Below, in pieces: positions 1 through 14,253 of a stretch of DNA of 64,000 bases. The stretch covers positions 2,294,001-2,358,000 of the forward strand of contig JAMWBK010000005.1 of the NCBI GenBank assembly GCA_029953675.1, given 5' to 3'. Numbering within the stretch: position 1 is the stretch's first letter; each line of letters begins with the position of its first letter. The DNA comes from Rhodosorus marinus CCMP1338. Lineage: Eukaryota; Plantae; Rhodophyta. Position numbers and translations under genes: made by a program. Below the pieces are notes generated by a model. It saw nothing but the letters and a program-made list of their open reading frames with translations. It was not told the origin of the DNA and did not search any database.

Positions 1-486
1 GGACGATAAGCCCGGCTAAGGTATCAATCTTGTACACAGTCTTCTCACTGTCCAAAACCTCACGCGCAAAACGAGCCAGGCATCTGATACCATTGCCACA
101 CATCTCGGGCTCTGAACCATCCGAGTTGTAGATTCTCATGGAAAAGTCCGAATCATCATTGACCGGTGGCATCATAAAGATTACACCTTCTCAGCCAAGA
201 TCAGACACAGAACCGTAAGAATCTTGCACCCAAATCACTAAAGCATAGTCGCAAGCCAATACTTACCATCTGCCCCAACCCCGAAATGACGATCACAGAC
301 CTTCACCGACTCGTCGGCGGTCAGCAGAGTATCTGAGGACTTCATATTATCCACCAAAATAAAATCATTCCCTATCCCATGGTACTTCTGGAACTCAACA
401 CCCATCCTAACCCTTTCAGAAACAGCCCTTCTCCTCTGCACCCGCCTCCCTGCTCCTCCACTCAAGGCGACAAACCCCACATCCAT
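1..486 (-). CDS. dapF: Diaminopimelate epimerase, plastid-targeted (5' part; runs off the window edge)
   Basis: Exon 1 has [15 protein letters not shown]...[10 protein letters not shown], followed by a GTAAGT intron (~266-190). Exon 2 reads GVIFMMPP...[20 protein letters not shown], the DapF catalytic Cys motif. The N-terminus MDVGF.. looks like a transit peptide. Confidence 0.95.
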
Positions 487-1545
487 CACGTCCTCTCAAT
501 CCAACAAACAGAATGATCACCGAAAAATAGAAAGCCAAATTTTTAACTCAGACTCCAATCCTTAAAATTTTTCCCTCTCAACTCATTTGTAAACGTCCAC
601 CAAATATATCATCTCCTAGCTCTCCGGTACCGCTTCTGAACGCAGCCTGCTCGGCCTTCAGCGCCTCCACATCTTATCAGCATGGAAGCTGACCTCGAAA
701 CCTCCCTCGCCCTCCACTGGGTTAAAGAAAAACCTCGACTATTTCTAGACGATCAAAATCATCTTTATTTTTCTAAAACAGAAACTTCGATGAAATATGA
801 ATATTCTTTTTTTGCGGAGTGAACGCAAATTCTCATGAATAGTCTTGATTAAAGACAATAGTATCTATTTCTAGATAGACACCAATTATTTAGGTTGGTT
901 CGATGAAAAGTTGGCGCTGCTGCAAAATAATCAAAAAAGTTTGCCAATATCTGGGGAATTGTCTTATAGGTGTGTCTATTTCTAGGGAGTCACTCCGGCT
1001 GACTTCGGCCGTGGCAGTTTGATGAAGTACGGCGAGAAGGTCGTCGTACGAAGAGGCAAGCTTCTGCGCGAAGTTCTGGAGTATTGCTCATACATCTCAA
1101 ACCGTTTGTTCGTGTCATGGAAAGCCAAAATGGCAGATGCCCCAGCCTGAGAAGGTCCTGCCGTCCACCAGCCCCGCGGAGCAGGAGATTTCAAACGATG
1201 ATCCCTCATGTTTCAGAGTGTTTCTTGGCCTCTAGTGCCTCGATTACACAAGTCAACCTCTTCAACAGCTACTTGATTCGTACAACCGGCACCCGCCCCG
1301 TGATCCTGAACTGAATGAGTCCGCGGATGTGGAACCCTTCTCAATTCTGGCAAGACTCCCGATGACTTTAGTATCAGCAACTTCACGCATCATGCATTTT
1401 TACAGGACTAACTGTCCCCATATGCTCATCAGTTCATCAGTTCATCCTTTCCGAGCAATGTGGTCGACGATAACGACCTCGAAGCAAGAGCACCCGTGCT
1501 GATCGGGAGGCTAGGAGTAGTCGTCTATCGAATGATGTGGACTGG

Positions 1546-2762
1546 ATGGCCTTTACAAGCTCAGGCGTGTGGGTCCGTCCAATTCTTCACCGCAAGAGGC
1601 AGATTGCGGTAAGAAACTATCTGGCAGAGTCCAAACCGGAGGAGTTGGACGCAGACGTTGCCTTGCAGGTTAATGATTTGAGCCTGGCGTGGTCGAGCGG
1701 GAGGCCTGTCCTAAAGGGTATACAATACTCACTTAGTTTACGTTTTGTTTATTTGGATTCAAGTCTGACCCTCTTTACTTGTACTTTCCCAAAAGGTATC
1801 TCGTTCAGCGTCCCAAAGGGTCAGGTGTGCATGGTTGTAGGCCCGAATGGATGCGGCAAGTCGACTCTGTTGAGACTGCTACATGGACTGACGTACGCAG
1901 ATAGCGGTAAAATCAACATTCGATCCCCCGTTGGATTTGTTTTCCAGGATCCGTCTGTTCAGGTTAGTGAACGAGACAGTATCTGCGACCGGAGACGCTA
2001 TTGCGTACTGACTACTATTTTGCAAATAATACATCGTCGTCAAGCAGATGCTATTTCCGACGGTGTTCATGGAGGTTATGTCTGGTACAGATGAAGATGC
2101 ACCAATGGAAGAGAGGGTGGAGCTCGCGACCAATGCTTTGAAGAGAACTGGAATGATGCACCTCGCAAACAAACCCACCCTCAACCTGAGCGGAGGTCAG
2201 AAGCAACGAATCGCCACTGCGACGATGCTCGTGCGAAGGCCACAGTTCATGCTCTTCGACGAAGTGACAGCTTCGCTTGATCCAGAGTACGTAGAAAGAC
2301 CTGAGCTTGACTGCTCATGCAACACGGGGGGCCCGTTCTCAAACCAACTCGCTCCCTCTTTTCAGAGCCAGAGTCCAAATGTTGGAATTTGCTATCGGCA
2401 TCGTGAAGGAGCTCAACATCGGAAGCCTTTGGTAAGCTTGGATAGAGTGCCAAGAACGAGATGCACACATATATATGACATATCGAAATCGTCTCTTGAA
2501 CTCTCACCATGGCTCAATCGCAGGGTAACACATGTTTATGACGAGCTCGAATGTGCGGATCGAGTGATTGTGTGAGTGTTTGGAACTATCCATTGCCTTT
2601 CGAAGGAGTGAAGGCTTGTCAAGGAGAGCCAATGTACATCTGAATGTTTTTGTTTTTGTTTCTCTCAGCCTGGATTCTGGAGCAATCATTGCGGACGGAT
2701 CTCTTGAAGAAGTGAAACCGACTCTCTCCGATCTATGGGCAAGGAACGAGGGGGATTGGTAG
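1546..2762 (+). CDS. ABC ATPase of the ECF-A/CbiO (plant ABCI10-like) type, plastid-targeted, multi-exon
   Basis: Motifs across spliced exons: Walker A GPNGCGKS, Q-loop GFVFQDP, signature LSGGQKQR, Walker B MLFDEVTASLDP, H-loop VTH. Starts MAF (transit-peptide-like). No transmembrane domain. Confidence 0.85.
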
Positions 2763-2949
2763 AGCTATGTTCTGGGACACCAAGTTTCTGTAGTTTGATT
2801 GAACCGTGTGATTTAAAACTGAAAATATAATTTTGATTTTATCGCAGAGTGAGCTCTTTCGTCCGAGTGACGCGAGCTCTGTCCTCCAAAGAGAACAATA
2901 AGCTTTTCGAGGGTTTCGAACGGAGACCATAGCTGCTCTGTTTGGGCTC

Positions 2950-3693
2950 TTATCTGATGTCCAGGTCAAGATCAGCGTAGCTGAAGTGGTTCGCCAGACC
3001 AACATACCCGGTTCCTCGAGTCAAGTACACATTATCATCATAGCTCCATCCTTTGACGTCGTGCATTAGTTCTCGCTCCTTCTCTATTCTTCTGTCCCGC
3101 TGAGAAATTCAATGACATTAACAAAAGAAATGATAAGCACTGGTTGAAGCATCCAAAAATTACCCCCATTTCGCATCAAGAAGAAATGCGGGTCAGAAAA
3201 CCATGCGTAGCGGGTCGATTGAACTTACAAGAACCCGCAGAATTCTGTCCTCCTCTGCTTGAAGATAAGGCCGAACATAGTGCCGCATTTCTTGATGCTC
3301 ATCTCTCGCTTGCCTACATAAAGAACAACGAAGCACCGAGAGCACGTCCCCAAACACAAAGAACAACACGGTAAATAGCGGGATTCACGTTCAAGGTCAG
3401 CACTTCTTGTTGCAGACAATTCAAAAAAGCAAAATCACAAACGCGAGACAGAAACGTGGAAATCAAGCTCACAAGTACTCTTTTTGAATTTCCAATCTCT
3501 TCGTCCATGCGAAATACTGCATTATAACAAATCCACCGACCCACCACAACGCCCGCTTTGGCTGACCAGTTCCAACCCGTCTGGTGTAGTCCAAGGGCTT
3601 GTATCCACCAGGCCTCGCACCATCCTGCTTCGCTTGGGCTACAGGTGGCTTGGGTGGTCCTCCAACTCCAGATTTACTCAAATCCCCCTCCAT
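2950..3693 (-). CDS. NDUFA13: Mitochondrial complex I subunit B16.6/GRIM-19 (NDUFA13-like), 3 exons
   Basis: Exon 1 has KQDGARPGGYKPLDYTRR (compare QDMPPxGGYxxxxYxR) plus a hydrophobic helix. Spliced exons give YVRPYLQAEEDR and ERELMHDVKGW, matching the family LQAExDR and MKDVxxW motifs. Confidence 0.7.
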
Positions 3694-5109
3694 TTGATTC
3701 CTCCCTTCTCTCGCGTATCCATTTCCAACCCTCCCTACCAAAAGCAGTCGCTCCTCAAGAACGACCATCCCAAGCTTTATTCGCAAACACATCACGACAC
3801 ATCAAAACCCATCCTTTTCATTCATTAATTCAATACCCCCATAATATTTCAAAAAACATTAATCCAAAATAGACAGCTGTCGATAATGCAATCCTATTTC
3901 AAACATTATTTCTTGAAAATTCGTTTTGACTGCATTCAGTCATTTTAGTACGTTGAGTGAGTCTCCGGAGGGGCTAGGCGCGTTGACCAAAGAATACAAA
4001 ACTGTCCAAGAAGGACCCCTAGGGGATATTATGCCAGGCATAAGAAAGGCCAAAGGGGTGGGGGGAGGTACGCGCTATTGCGGAAGCGGAGGTTAGGATT
4101 ACAGAGTGCTTGTTTTTATAGGTCAAATTGGGTTCTGCGGTTGGCGACTGATTTCAAGAGGAAAAACGGTATTTTATAGTATATACTGTGTTTTATGGGT
4201 AAAGGATGTGCGCAAGTATTTCAGGGTGGGTTGCTCTGGCTGGTTTTCGGCAGCTACCTTGGACGCCGGGCTGTGAACTAATCTTGGACGAGAGTGGACA
4301 AGTACAGCCCTTAAGGAACTTTCAGATCGAGTTGTTCGGTTGTGTGAGGCCGTGCTCCTCGGAAATCCCCCCCACCCGTTTGACCTTCCAAGGAGAAACT
4401 AGAAAATCCTGTTCAACTAGATGAAGCATGGCCCTGCACGTGCATTGCTATACATCTGAGCAAACGACATCAATAGCTGCTTTCCGACACGAGTCCTCGT
4501 ATGCTTGTGAGCTTATAATACAGTCTGAGTCGGCCACGTCCCGTTCCTCAGCACCTTCGGCCAACATTCTTTGACGCAGCAAGAAAACGTAGCGTGTTCC
4601 AGTTGCATCTACCTGAACTCCTTACAGGAAACGACGATCGATGCTGAATTCCTAGAAACACAGTGGCTGACTCCATGTTCTGAAATCACTTTCAACCAGG
4701 GAGCAAGAAACAATGCATGCAGAAGGAAAGAGGCCCCTGCTCCCTTCTCTCTCTCCTCTGGAGCGAGAACAACTAGTCCACTAGTCAACTATCCACTGCT
4801 AATCAAGATATAGTCATACCGTCTCGTGTCTCAAGCAAGAGTGCGAGAAAGACAGAGAGGCAGTTCCCCTTGATCCATTCTAGTCACTAAAACACACACA
4901 GAACAATCAAAAAGAAGCACCTTCCATAGAGATGCCGCACCCTATCTGCACAGGCTGATCTAGTCGAGCGTCCTCTCTAGATTCGATCGTTACCCAACAA
5001 CGGATGACGACGATGATGATGTCCAAGGGAAGACTGGGAACGGATTGTCGAGGATTCGAATCAGAATTTTGATGAGGTTTGGATTTCGTTTAATACGCTT
5101 AAGTAAAGT

Positions 5110-6083
5110 ATGATTCGCTCTAGTCTGCAGGTCCTCAAGAGGGTTTCATCACCGGTGGGAAGGTTGGGTAGTAGGAAGTTGAGTGGCAACGGGAGCGCCG
5201 AAGATTTCGCGAGTGCCAAATATGATGACCTGCTGGTGGAGACTCGGGATAAGGTAGGGTTAATTACACTTAACCGACCGAGTGTAATGAATGCATTGAA
5301 TTCCAATTTGTGTAATGAGATTGTCGACGCGGTGGCTTCGTGTGAGAGTGATCCGTCGATCGGGGCTATGGTCGTGACGGGATCCGACCGAGCGTTTGCG
5401 GCTGGAGCGGATATTAAGGAAATGTCCTCGAGATCATACGCTTCTGCGAGGTTCAAGCACGATCTTGGATCCTGGATTGATGTCATTTCAGGAGCAAAGA
5501 AACCCATTATCGCGGCTGTCAATGGCTTTGCCCTGGGCGGAGGATGTGAATTGGCTATGGCATGCGATATCGTTCTCGCATCGGACAACGCACAGTTTGG
5601 TCAACCAGAGGTATGCCCAGAACTGCATTTGCATGTTGCTGATCATGTTCGTCCACTTCAAAAGTGTCTTATGTGACCGTCAACAACTCTCCGTGCCCAC
5701 AGGTTCAGATTGGGACAATCCCTGGCTGGGGTGGAACGCAGAGGTTGATTCGCGCAGTTGGCAAGGCCAAAGCCATGGAGATGATCCTTACGGGTAGGAG
5801 AATGAGCGCGAGCGAGGCTGAAAGCGCGGGATTGGTTGCGAGAGTGATTCCCTCCGCTCAGCTAGTAGATGAAGCTGTGAGCGTCGGGTCAACCATTTCT
5901 TCATATTCGAGAACCATCGTCTCAGCGGCGAAGGAGTGTGTCCAGGTAGCCAGCGACATGTCCCTCCGGGACGGGGTCCTTTTCGAACGACGCCAGTTCC
6001 AGGCCACCTTCGCTCTTGAGGATCAAAAGGAAGGAATGAAGGCATTCTTGGACAAGCGCACCCCAGAGTGGAGAGACAAATAG
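5110..6083 (+). CDS. ECHS1: Mitochondrial short-chain enoyl-CoA hydratase (crotonase family), 2 exons
   Basis: Motifs LNRP..NAL, AFAAGADIKEM, GFALGGGCELAMACD, FGQPEV|QIGTIPGWGGTQRLIRAVGKAKAMEMILTG, EDQKEGMKAFLDKR. One GT-AG intron at ~5611-5703. Confidence 0.95.
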
Positions 6084-6917
6084 TCTCAGAGCGAGCTCGG
6101 CATCTTCCAACTAACTATCATCTTCACGGTTACGGTGATCGCGTAACCCAAAGCAGACAAGCAACAAAGCCTACTACTCATCTGGTTCTCTATACCAAAA
6201 CAAGCTCTCAAAAAAGTACTAAAACGAACGAACAGCAAAAGCTGCGATACCGTTCAATCGCATCCACTCCAACCACCGCTAAGCTAACAGGACCAGGCCT
6301 CAATAGGTCAGCTGTAGATTTATCAAAAGAGGTTCCCGTCTTCTCTCCTCTCCAAACAGAACCGTTCCGCGTCTGACAGCGGCAGCGATACAACAGATCG
6401 GGCTGAGCTTTCCACTGACCGATGGCTGACAGTGCTCCACATCAGATATCACCTGCGCCGGTTAATTGAACGTTAACCGTTCCTCGGCCTGAGCGGACCG
6501 GAATCAGGTGATCCGGACAGGATCCGATCTAGTGGATCTTTCTGAGGAGTCTTGGATGCAGTGGATACTTCACGTGAGTGGTACCTATTGTCACAGGCCT
6601 TGGCAGCTGACATCCTAAATTCCACGCAGACCCATTCCACATCAGCACAACCTTGAGCAGCGAAGAACAGGTACGGACAAGCGTATTGCCGGAAACGACC
6701 AACGGATCTCTACAAAAAAAGATCTGTCCCATCCTCTCAGAACTGAACGACTTCTCTGCTGAGTCTAGGCGACAACCGCACGGATCAGATCTACCTCACT
6801 TTCCATATAAATCTTGGAAGGAGTGGGATATCTTAAGGGAGTTGTGAGGAGGTTTGCTTTGGGTGGGATTGGGAAACTGCGCTATGGCCTGTATTGAAGG
6901 AGCTTTATTGATGGGCA

Positions 6918-8894
6918 ATGATGAGGCGATCAATAGTAGATATTAGGGAAGGTAGTGACTTTCCTCTTGAAAATCTTCCTTATGGAGTAGTATCTGAAGG
7001 AGGGTCACGGCATGTTGTGGCTCGAATTGGGGACTACTTCGTGAAGATGGGGGTATTGGTGGAGAGACTGCCGGAAGTGTTCGACTCGTATGGTTTTGAT
7101 CACGTGGACGCAGGCAATGTCTTTTCGGCGGACTCCCTGAACCGGTTTATGGACGCCGGAGTAGAGCCGAGGAAGGCTACACGAAGGATCCTGACGGAGC
7201 TGCTTGCGGAAGACGGAGAGTTAAATCAGCTCCGGAATAATCCGGAGCTCAAGGATGAGGTTGTTAAGCCGCTTGATGATCCGTCCATCTCAGTTCAGAT
7301 GCCTGCAGTCATAGGTGATTACACGGACTTTTATGCGTCAAAGTACCATGCTGAGAACGTCGGTACGAAGATTATTCCTCCAGCTGGAAGCTGGCTGAAG
7401 ATCCCCCACCAAGAAAAATGAAGAAGCTAAATGAAAGTGTGGTTGACAGGTATCATGATGCGGGGAAAGGACAACGCACTGATGCCGAACTGGAAGCACC
7501 TTCCTGTTGGATATCACGGAAGATCGTCTTCTGTTGTGCCTTCGGGGACAGCTGTACATCGTCCCAACGGACAGTCCGTTCCTGCCAACGTCGATCCACC
7601 AGTTCCAAGCTTTGGACCATGCCAGATGCTCGATTTTGAGTTGGAAGTCGCCTGCTTCGTCGGCAAGTCCAGTCACCTGGGGAATCCAATTACCATTGAA
7701 AACGCTGATAAGGTAAGAGACTCTCAATCGCCCTCAAATCGATGGAAGTGTGCTCGAAACCGAGGACCGTGGACTTCCACAGACTGTTCAGGAGACTGGA
7801 GCGATTGCTAGAGACTGATTCGAGCAAAATCCTTTTGTCTCCATGTGGCTATCAGCATATTTTCGGTATTGTGTTGATGAACGACTGGTCGGCCCGGGAC
7901 ATTCAGAAGTGGGAGTATGTCCCATTGGGCCCATTTACTGCTAAAAATTTCGCCACCACGATCTCACCTTGGGTGATGACTTGGGAGGCGCTCGAGCCGT
8001 TTCGAGTTCCCGCAGAAGTTCAGGATCCAAAGCCGCTGCCGTACCTTGACGGTGGATCTGTTCGAAAGACATTTGATGTAACCCTGGACGTCAGTATCCG
8101 CGCTCCTTGTGGCGAGTCACCTGTTCGTGTCTGTCGAACGTAAGCCTTTTTCACCACGCTATCTTTTTCTGTCCCTCCAAATCGCCATCAGCGTTTGCAC
8201 TAGAGGAGAACCAGTTAGTGGAGGACTGGTTGTCACCCCTCCCGTGCACTCGCTGGAAGGAGTGGGGAAACGATCATCACCATCCTGTCCAGTCGTCCGG
8301 AGGTTTGGAATCATGAACGAGTCTATCGCCCTCCAGGTTTGATATATTTTAAAACTGCATGTTCGGTGATGAGTAACAGTTCTCGACTTCTTTTCAATAC
8401 TGGACGACAGGAACTACAAGCACCTCTACTGGACAGTGGAGCAGATGATAACGCATCACAGTGTAACTGGATGTCCTATGCGTGCGGGTGATCTTATCGC
8501 AAGTGGAACGGTCAGCGGACCAGAACCGGAGAGTTTTGCATCTATGTTGGAGCTTGCATGGAAGGGGACAAAGCCCATTCAGTTAGGAGGAGTAAGTTAG
8601 TTCCAAGAAGGCGGAGGGACCGCGGGTTGAAACCTATCGGATCCTAGGGAAAGAGAGCCGGAAAGACATCGACGTCCGTGCTTGCCCTCCTCCGAAGCGG
8701 AGAGTGTGTGGCCGAGCTTCTAGTGATCCGCCCGACGCTAAAGTTTTTCCAAAACATTTGTACTTCAGGAAAACGGCGAACGAAAATTCCTTCACGACTT
8801 GGATGAGGTGATTATAACCGGATTCGCCGAGAAAGGAGACCTCAGAATCGGATTCGGTGAATGCAGGGGAATAGTGCTACCCGCTGCTACCTAG
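6918..8894 (+). CDS. FAH: Fumarylacetoacetase (tyrosine catabolism), multi-exon
   Basis: Motifs [95 protein letters not shown] joined across GT-AG introns. Confidence 0.95.
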
Positions 8895-9436
8895 ACTCGG
8901 GCATGCATTTTTTGTGATGAGAATGTCGGTCGAGAGGCCATCAGGGCTTTGCTGAGGACGTGTGAACCAGGTGAGTTCAATGTAGAGATAAAATCATTCC
9001 CGGCAACTGCAATCAAGGAGCTGGATAGGTGACTCTATCGGACTTTTTTTACAACAGACTCATGCGTCATGGTTTTGATAGAGCTGGCCTAGACGAAGCG
9101 TGCGTATACCTTGTTTATTACGAACCTGTGTTTCTAGTTTCAATTCACGACAAAGATCTTCACGCAAACCAAAACGTAGTATCTAAATTTACTACTCCGT
9201 TGAGTGCCGCCGACGGCGGTTTGGGCGAGGGAGGAGAGCGTCTGTCCACCTGCCCGCATCCTTCATCCGCCTAGCAGAGAAGCTCGACACATGTCAGGGA
9301 CGTAGGACAAAGCACTCTACGTTATCTCGACCGGGCTAATGCTACAGCTTAGAACGCGTCCCAAACACGTTTTTGAAGGAAGAAGCGTGATGTATGGGAT
9401 TACTAGGACCACTACCTTTCCAGTCCCATGGAGCCC

Positions 9437-11544
9437 TCATGTTTCTTCTGCTGCCTCTTCATCGCTTTCCACCTCTGGCAAAGTCTTCTCTGACCGTCGA
9501 CGAATCACCGTAAACGCGGAGACGGATTCGTGCGTATATGTGGGGCTCGGCTTGCCTCCAAGTGGCGCTATTTCTGCCTGTGCGAAACAGCCCAGTAGGG
9601 AGGTTGGCGCATACCTAGCATGAAGTAGAAAGAGGGAAAGTGAGCTGGAGACTCCCACCGCCCTTCGGGAGAGCAACCTGATTCGTCGAAACGTAACCTT
9701 CAACCTACCGAATAAAGGTCTCTGTATCCACATTGCGTTCTTTGAAAAACTTGACTCCTCTGGTGACATCCGCAATCGCGAGAGTACCAACGATGGGTTT
9801 CATCACTGATCCTTCCAGGCTGTTCTGTAGCTCGTTTCTCTTCGCCCTTCCCGAATAGAGCATTGAGCAAACCCGCCCGGAACAAAAAACATATTATAAC
9901 ATCAGCTTTTCTAATCTCATCATGGCACCAGCTCATCCCGAACACACCCTACCTATCCAGTATAGTCTCAAACTCCGCCACAGCTGTCTTTGCATCTCGT
10001 ACATGAAAGCGCACCCTCTGTCCAACTCTCAAGTCATCCAATAGTTCAATACCTCCTGATCGAGGATCAATCCCTTCGATCTTCCTCACCAAATAGTCAC
10101 CATCACGAAGCCTTTCCTGAAGACATTTGAGCGCATAGGATTTCCACATTCAGACTCTGATCAAAGTGTCCGTCTACAATGAGAGCAAGAACTCCGGGGC
10201 TCGAGAAAGAACGATTAAGGATGAGCTCTCTCTCTCTCAGAGGGAGGAAATCCAAATCCACCAAACGTCTCGAAAATCTCAGGTTACCTTTGATTCATCG
10301 AGAGCAACACCCAACAGCGGATTCTTGAACAGTAAAGCCTGATCCGACTTCGTAGCCTCAGAAATCACCATCTTGAGCACTCGATCAGCGCTCATCGTCT
10401 GGAGAGCGGAACCGGAGCCGGACTTGGATGGAACAAAATCCAGCTCCAGTACACTCTTGTTCTTAACCTTTCGTACTGTGAAAACAGGTCCTTCACAGAA
10501 GAAAACAAAACAAAACGTGTTGGTCAAGCCAAGAAGCTCCGATTTGATCGCTTTGCTAATTCAAGAAGAGAGAGGGTTTGCGCAGGCGAACGGGAACAGG
10601 ATGATTCATCCGTTTCATAGATCTCTTTCGGAGCAGAATCAAAAGACGTGGTTGGTGAACAGAGCCATACCGATACCTCGCACTCCTTGAGTAACGAGCG
10701 TTTCCACTTCTATACCGCCACTGATGCTAAGACCTACTAGACCATCTTTATAGGAGCATTTGGACGTTGTTGACATGAGATCCTTGAGGAGGGTTGCGTA
10801 GATATGTCCCGGATTTGGTCCTGAACCACCGACGACTCCTCCGACTTTCATGCTGCCCGGGTAGGCGAAGTCTAGTCCGCGGATGAACTTCTCTAGAGCT
10901 CCAGAAGACTGGAATGTCGGGTTGCAGAAGAGGAAAAATGTAGGAAGTGATCTGGGCTCTGGCCCGCCTACGACTTCCTTCCAGCCTTCTTGTGGTCCGT
11001 CCAGATTCGGCAAGTCGCTCTCATTGACATGAAAAAGATTGATCTCCGCGTCGGGGATTCTTGCCAGAGTGACACCTACAGCCGGTATTGACTCCACCTC
11101 CGTACATCTTCCCATGCTATCAGCTCCTAGGACTCCAGCTACCGTGCCTCCGATGACGTTCTGGATTCCAGGAATCAATTCTCTGATCTGTTGCGCAGCA
11201 AACTCCACGCTTTCTTTCCTCAAACCGACTTTTCTCTCTTCATAAATCGTGCTGACGTACAGAATCGCGACATCCGGAACGCACCCAACCGGCAGACTAA
11301 ACAGAGCCTCATCCACAGCATCCCTCAATGCCTCAGAGAGTCGTTTCTTCGTCGATACCGCACTTGAGAAACAAAGATCATCCTCAACCACAGACCCACG
11401 AACTCCTCCCCCGCTTCTTCCAAAGCTCATTCCACTCTGCATAACCACACCACCAACCCTCCATCTCCTCTGACTCACTAGCCCTTCCCTCTGAACCCTC
11501 CTCAAATTCCGAAATCCGCACCCAAACACAAACCCAGTATCCAT
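9437..11544 (-). CDS. FIST N/FIST C domain protein, plastid-targeted, multi-exon
   Basis: FIST-N-like segment (SAVST..L..AL..AV, VIGGTVAGVLG, DFAYPGSMKVGG) and FIST-C-like segment (YLVRKIEGIDPRSG, LRVGQRVRFHVRDA, GCFAQAEIAP). Starts MDTGF, transit-peptide-like. Confidence 0.8.
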
Positions 11545-12316
11545 CCTTATTGCAGCTTTCCTACCCACCCACTTGCTCCTCTTCCTCTGTTATCGCCTCA
11601 CTAACCACCCGTCACAACATCCTCACCAATACTCTCAGTGCTACGTTTTAGCCCCATCACCCCAATTCCTCCTCCGAGATACGGTCCATCGATCTTCTTC
11701 AATCTGAAGCAAGCATCTCATTGGATTGCTTTCCTCATTAGCAAGACTCTTGTAAGGTGACCCGCCGACTTTTGCGTGTGAGCTTTTCTCTGTCTCCTAA
11801 GGATCAGCCTGAGTCATGAAGAGGATGCAAAGGTCTATATCGCATCCAGATGCACATGGACGTTTCGCCTCTATCGATCCTCGTGAAGATGGATATTTTC
11901 GTGAAAGCTGCTGTACGACAGTTTTTTTAGTGCACCGGCCTCAGCGGTTGGTGGTTGACCCACAAGAAACAACTGCGTATTGGCTGACGAACACAGAAGT
12001 ATCCAGTAACAGCCAGATTGACTGACAGGGACTAGTCCTCGTCGATATGTAAGGGTTTCACTGAGATAGCTATCCTCAATAAATCCCGTCTCACGATTTA
12101 AGCACTGTGCAAGATGGTCAGTGGGGCCAGCAGCCTCAAGAGAATACATAACATACGAATGGATGCCCCATCTTGTATCGCTAAAGAAATGACCTTGCTT
12201 CATCCTAATCATCAACTCAACTGGGTCTTCGAGCGTGCATCGATTGAACTACTTTGCGAGCGACATCCAAGGCAGCATGTCCTGACAAGAACTGGACAAA
12301 AATAAAAAGTTCGTCA

Positions 12317-12388
12317 GGGGAAATCCGGGAATTGAACCCGGGACCTCTCGCACCCTAAGCGAGCATCATACCACTAGACTAATTTCCC
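12317..12388 (-). tRNA. trnP: tRNA-Pro(AGG)
   Basis: GGGAAATTAGTCTAGTGGTATGATGCTCGCTTAGGGTGCGAGAGGTCCCGGGTTCAATTCCCGGATTTCCCC. 7-bp acceptor stem, CTCGC/GCGAG anticodon stem around AGG, GTTCAA T-loop. Confidence 0.95.
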
Positions 12389-12775
12389 GTCTCCTCCACA
12401 TAAGATTTTAATACAAATTTAAATACTCGTTTGTTTCTGTCTTCACGTTTTTTCTTTGTTTTCTTTTCTGCCAACGAGAGGGGCTGAGTTCTCTCGGGAC
12501 TGTGGACATGGGTTCGCCGTTAAACACTACTTCTCTGATTTTTTTCTGCTGTAGATTGGCTGTTCTCCATATACTGACGGAGAGTATTTGATCGAGTTGG
12601 CCTAGTGGTTTCCTTTAAATTGATTTCGTTGAACATCTAAGCCCCAGAAGAGCAGAGGCATCTCCCTCCTACACCCGGTTGTGGGATGAAGTCCGTGAGA
12701 TGTCTTTGAGTGAATAGAATCTTTGTCCTGAACCAGCAGATACCAAACTTCCGTGACAAAGGAGTGAGCTCATGA

Positions 12776-13630
12776 TTAGTCTGGGGTTGTGAGAGTCTGG
12801 GGTCGTGGTTCAGAGTTGATCAGGCTCTTGACCAGTGGGCACATACAGGAGCAGAAGCGGAACCGGGTTGGCAGATGTAACAACCTGCTGGTGCCGATTG
12901 CGGGAGACCAAGCCCACATTTTATGAGAGCCCTGCATGCTGAACCAAGTGAACTGGGCAAAAATCGTAGTCTCCGTTTCACCTGCGTTTGTGTTGACGGA
13001 ATTTGGTTGAACTGAGCTTGGTTTCTTGATCCTCCAACGTGGGCTCTCCCATCGCCTGGTTGGATGGAAACTCATGGTCTGAGGGGCAACAAACGAACAT
13101 TCGAAGAATCCAATTAGCACGTAAACGCTATTCAACCTGATGTCCGTGGATACGTCGAATGCGATAGTAGTCAGGATCAGCTTCCCCTGATTGTTCCCAG
13201 CTTGTGAAGTGCGACGATCTGATAGCAGCAGGGATCTACTCTCTCGACGAGCCAAACTCCTGCTCCGGAATTTCAGCTGTTCACTTTCTAGAAACGCGTT
13301 GTCTTTGGACAGCCGACTAGCCAGAACTTCAGGGAAAGCTGCTCACCTTTTCGCTTGCCGATGTTAGGAGAATCTTGGGATCCTTTTCTTCTCAGCTCGC
13401 TTCATTTCTGTGATCTACCTCGCCTCATGTGCGTACAGCTTAAAGAGTTTGTCAACTCGTTTACTCGGCGTCCGCTCCATGTCATCGTAAATACGAAATT
13501 ACAACCTAAATGGTGCAGCCATTATTGCGTTCACTGTGGCTGTGTGTGACGACAACTCTGCCTCACGAATTACACGCGCTGAATAAAGGCTAGCGAGGAG
13601 CAGAAGCCCAAGCAAAGTTTCAGCCACCAT
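12776..13630 (-). CDS. Possible secreted hypothetical protein; exon structure unresolved
   Basis: A signal-peptide-like start MVAETLLGLLLLASLYSA at 13630 and a downstream ~190-codon open frame (~13345-12776). No recognised motif. Confidence 0.25.
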
Positions 13631-14253
13631 CGGAGGGGCGTCCGCGAAGAACGGAGACGCTTGATCTTGATCTTGGCGCATCTGCGCTTGCCGAGAGATA
13701 AGGTAGATATAGGCAGAGGAGAACGCGAATGAAAGAGTTCTCGCTGCCCATGACGACTTGACATATGAGCATGATCCTGTTCTGGGGAGAACCTTAGGTA
13801 GCCCTCAGGACTTACGAGATGGTCTAGTGTGGGGATGAGAATTATGAGAAGTGAACATTCCCAGCGCGTGTATTTTCTTTGTTGGACAAGTATTTGGGAA
13901 AGCCACGCTCCGTGCAGTGATCCGAAATGCCGACGACAATCACACATGTGAAGTCGTTCTGGGTAGCGACAAACACAGCGCCTGGTCTATGGAAGGGGCT
14001 GGTCATCAATGATAATGCCAGCTGCAGCGTGAGCCATAGTCGCTCTAGGACGAGCTACGACTGTTGGGTAGCCGAAACATCATTAGAAGAAGACAAACCA
14101 GATCCATATCGATGAGCAAACACACGACAAATCCGCTTATCCTGGAAAAAAATCAAAACTTTTTCTTGGAAAAACAACGTTTTTTGCGCGGCAAACATAA
14201 TTAAACGTTTTACAGTACATAAATAAACGTTTTGCCTCCAAAGAGCACGGATA

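Noticed and set aside
982-1314. Short overlapping ORFs between dapF and the ABC gene
   Set aside because: No motifs; probably the divergent promoter or UTR region.
4420-4440. AGCATGGCCCTGC resembles part of U6 snRNA
   Set aside because: The upstream ACAGAGA box and the rest of U6 are absent, so this is a chance match.
6200-6812. Possible small spliced minus-strand gene (ATG GAA AGT GAG|gt...ttttgtag|RSVGRFRQY...)
   Set aside because: Splice signals are plausible, but there is no homology evidence and the end is undefined.
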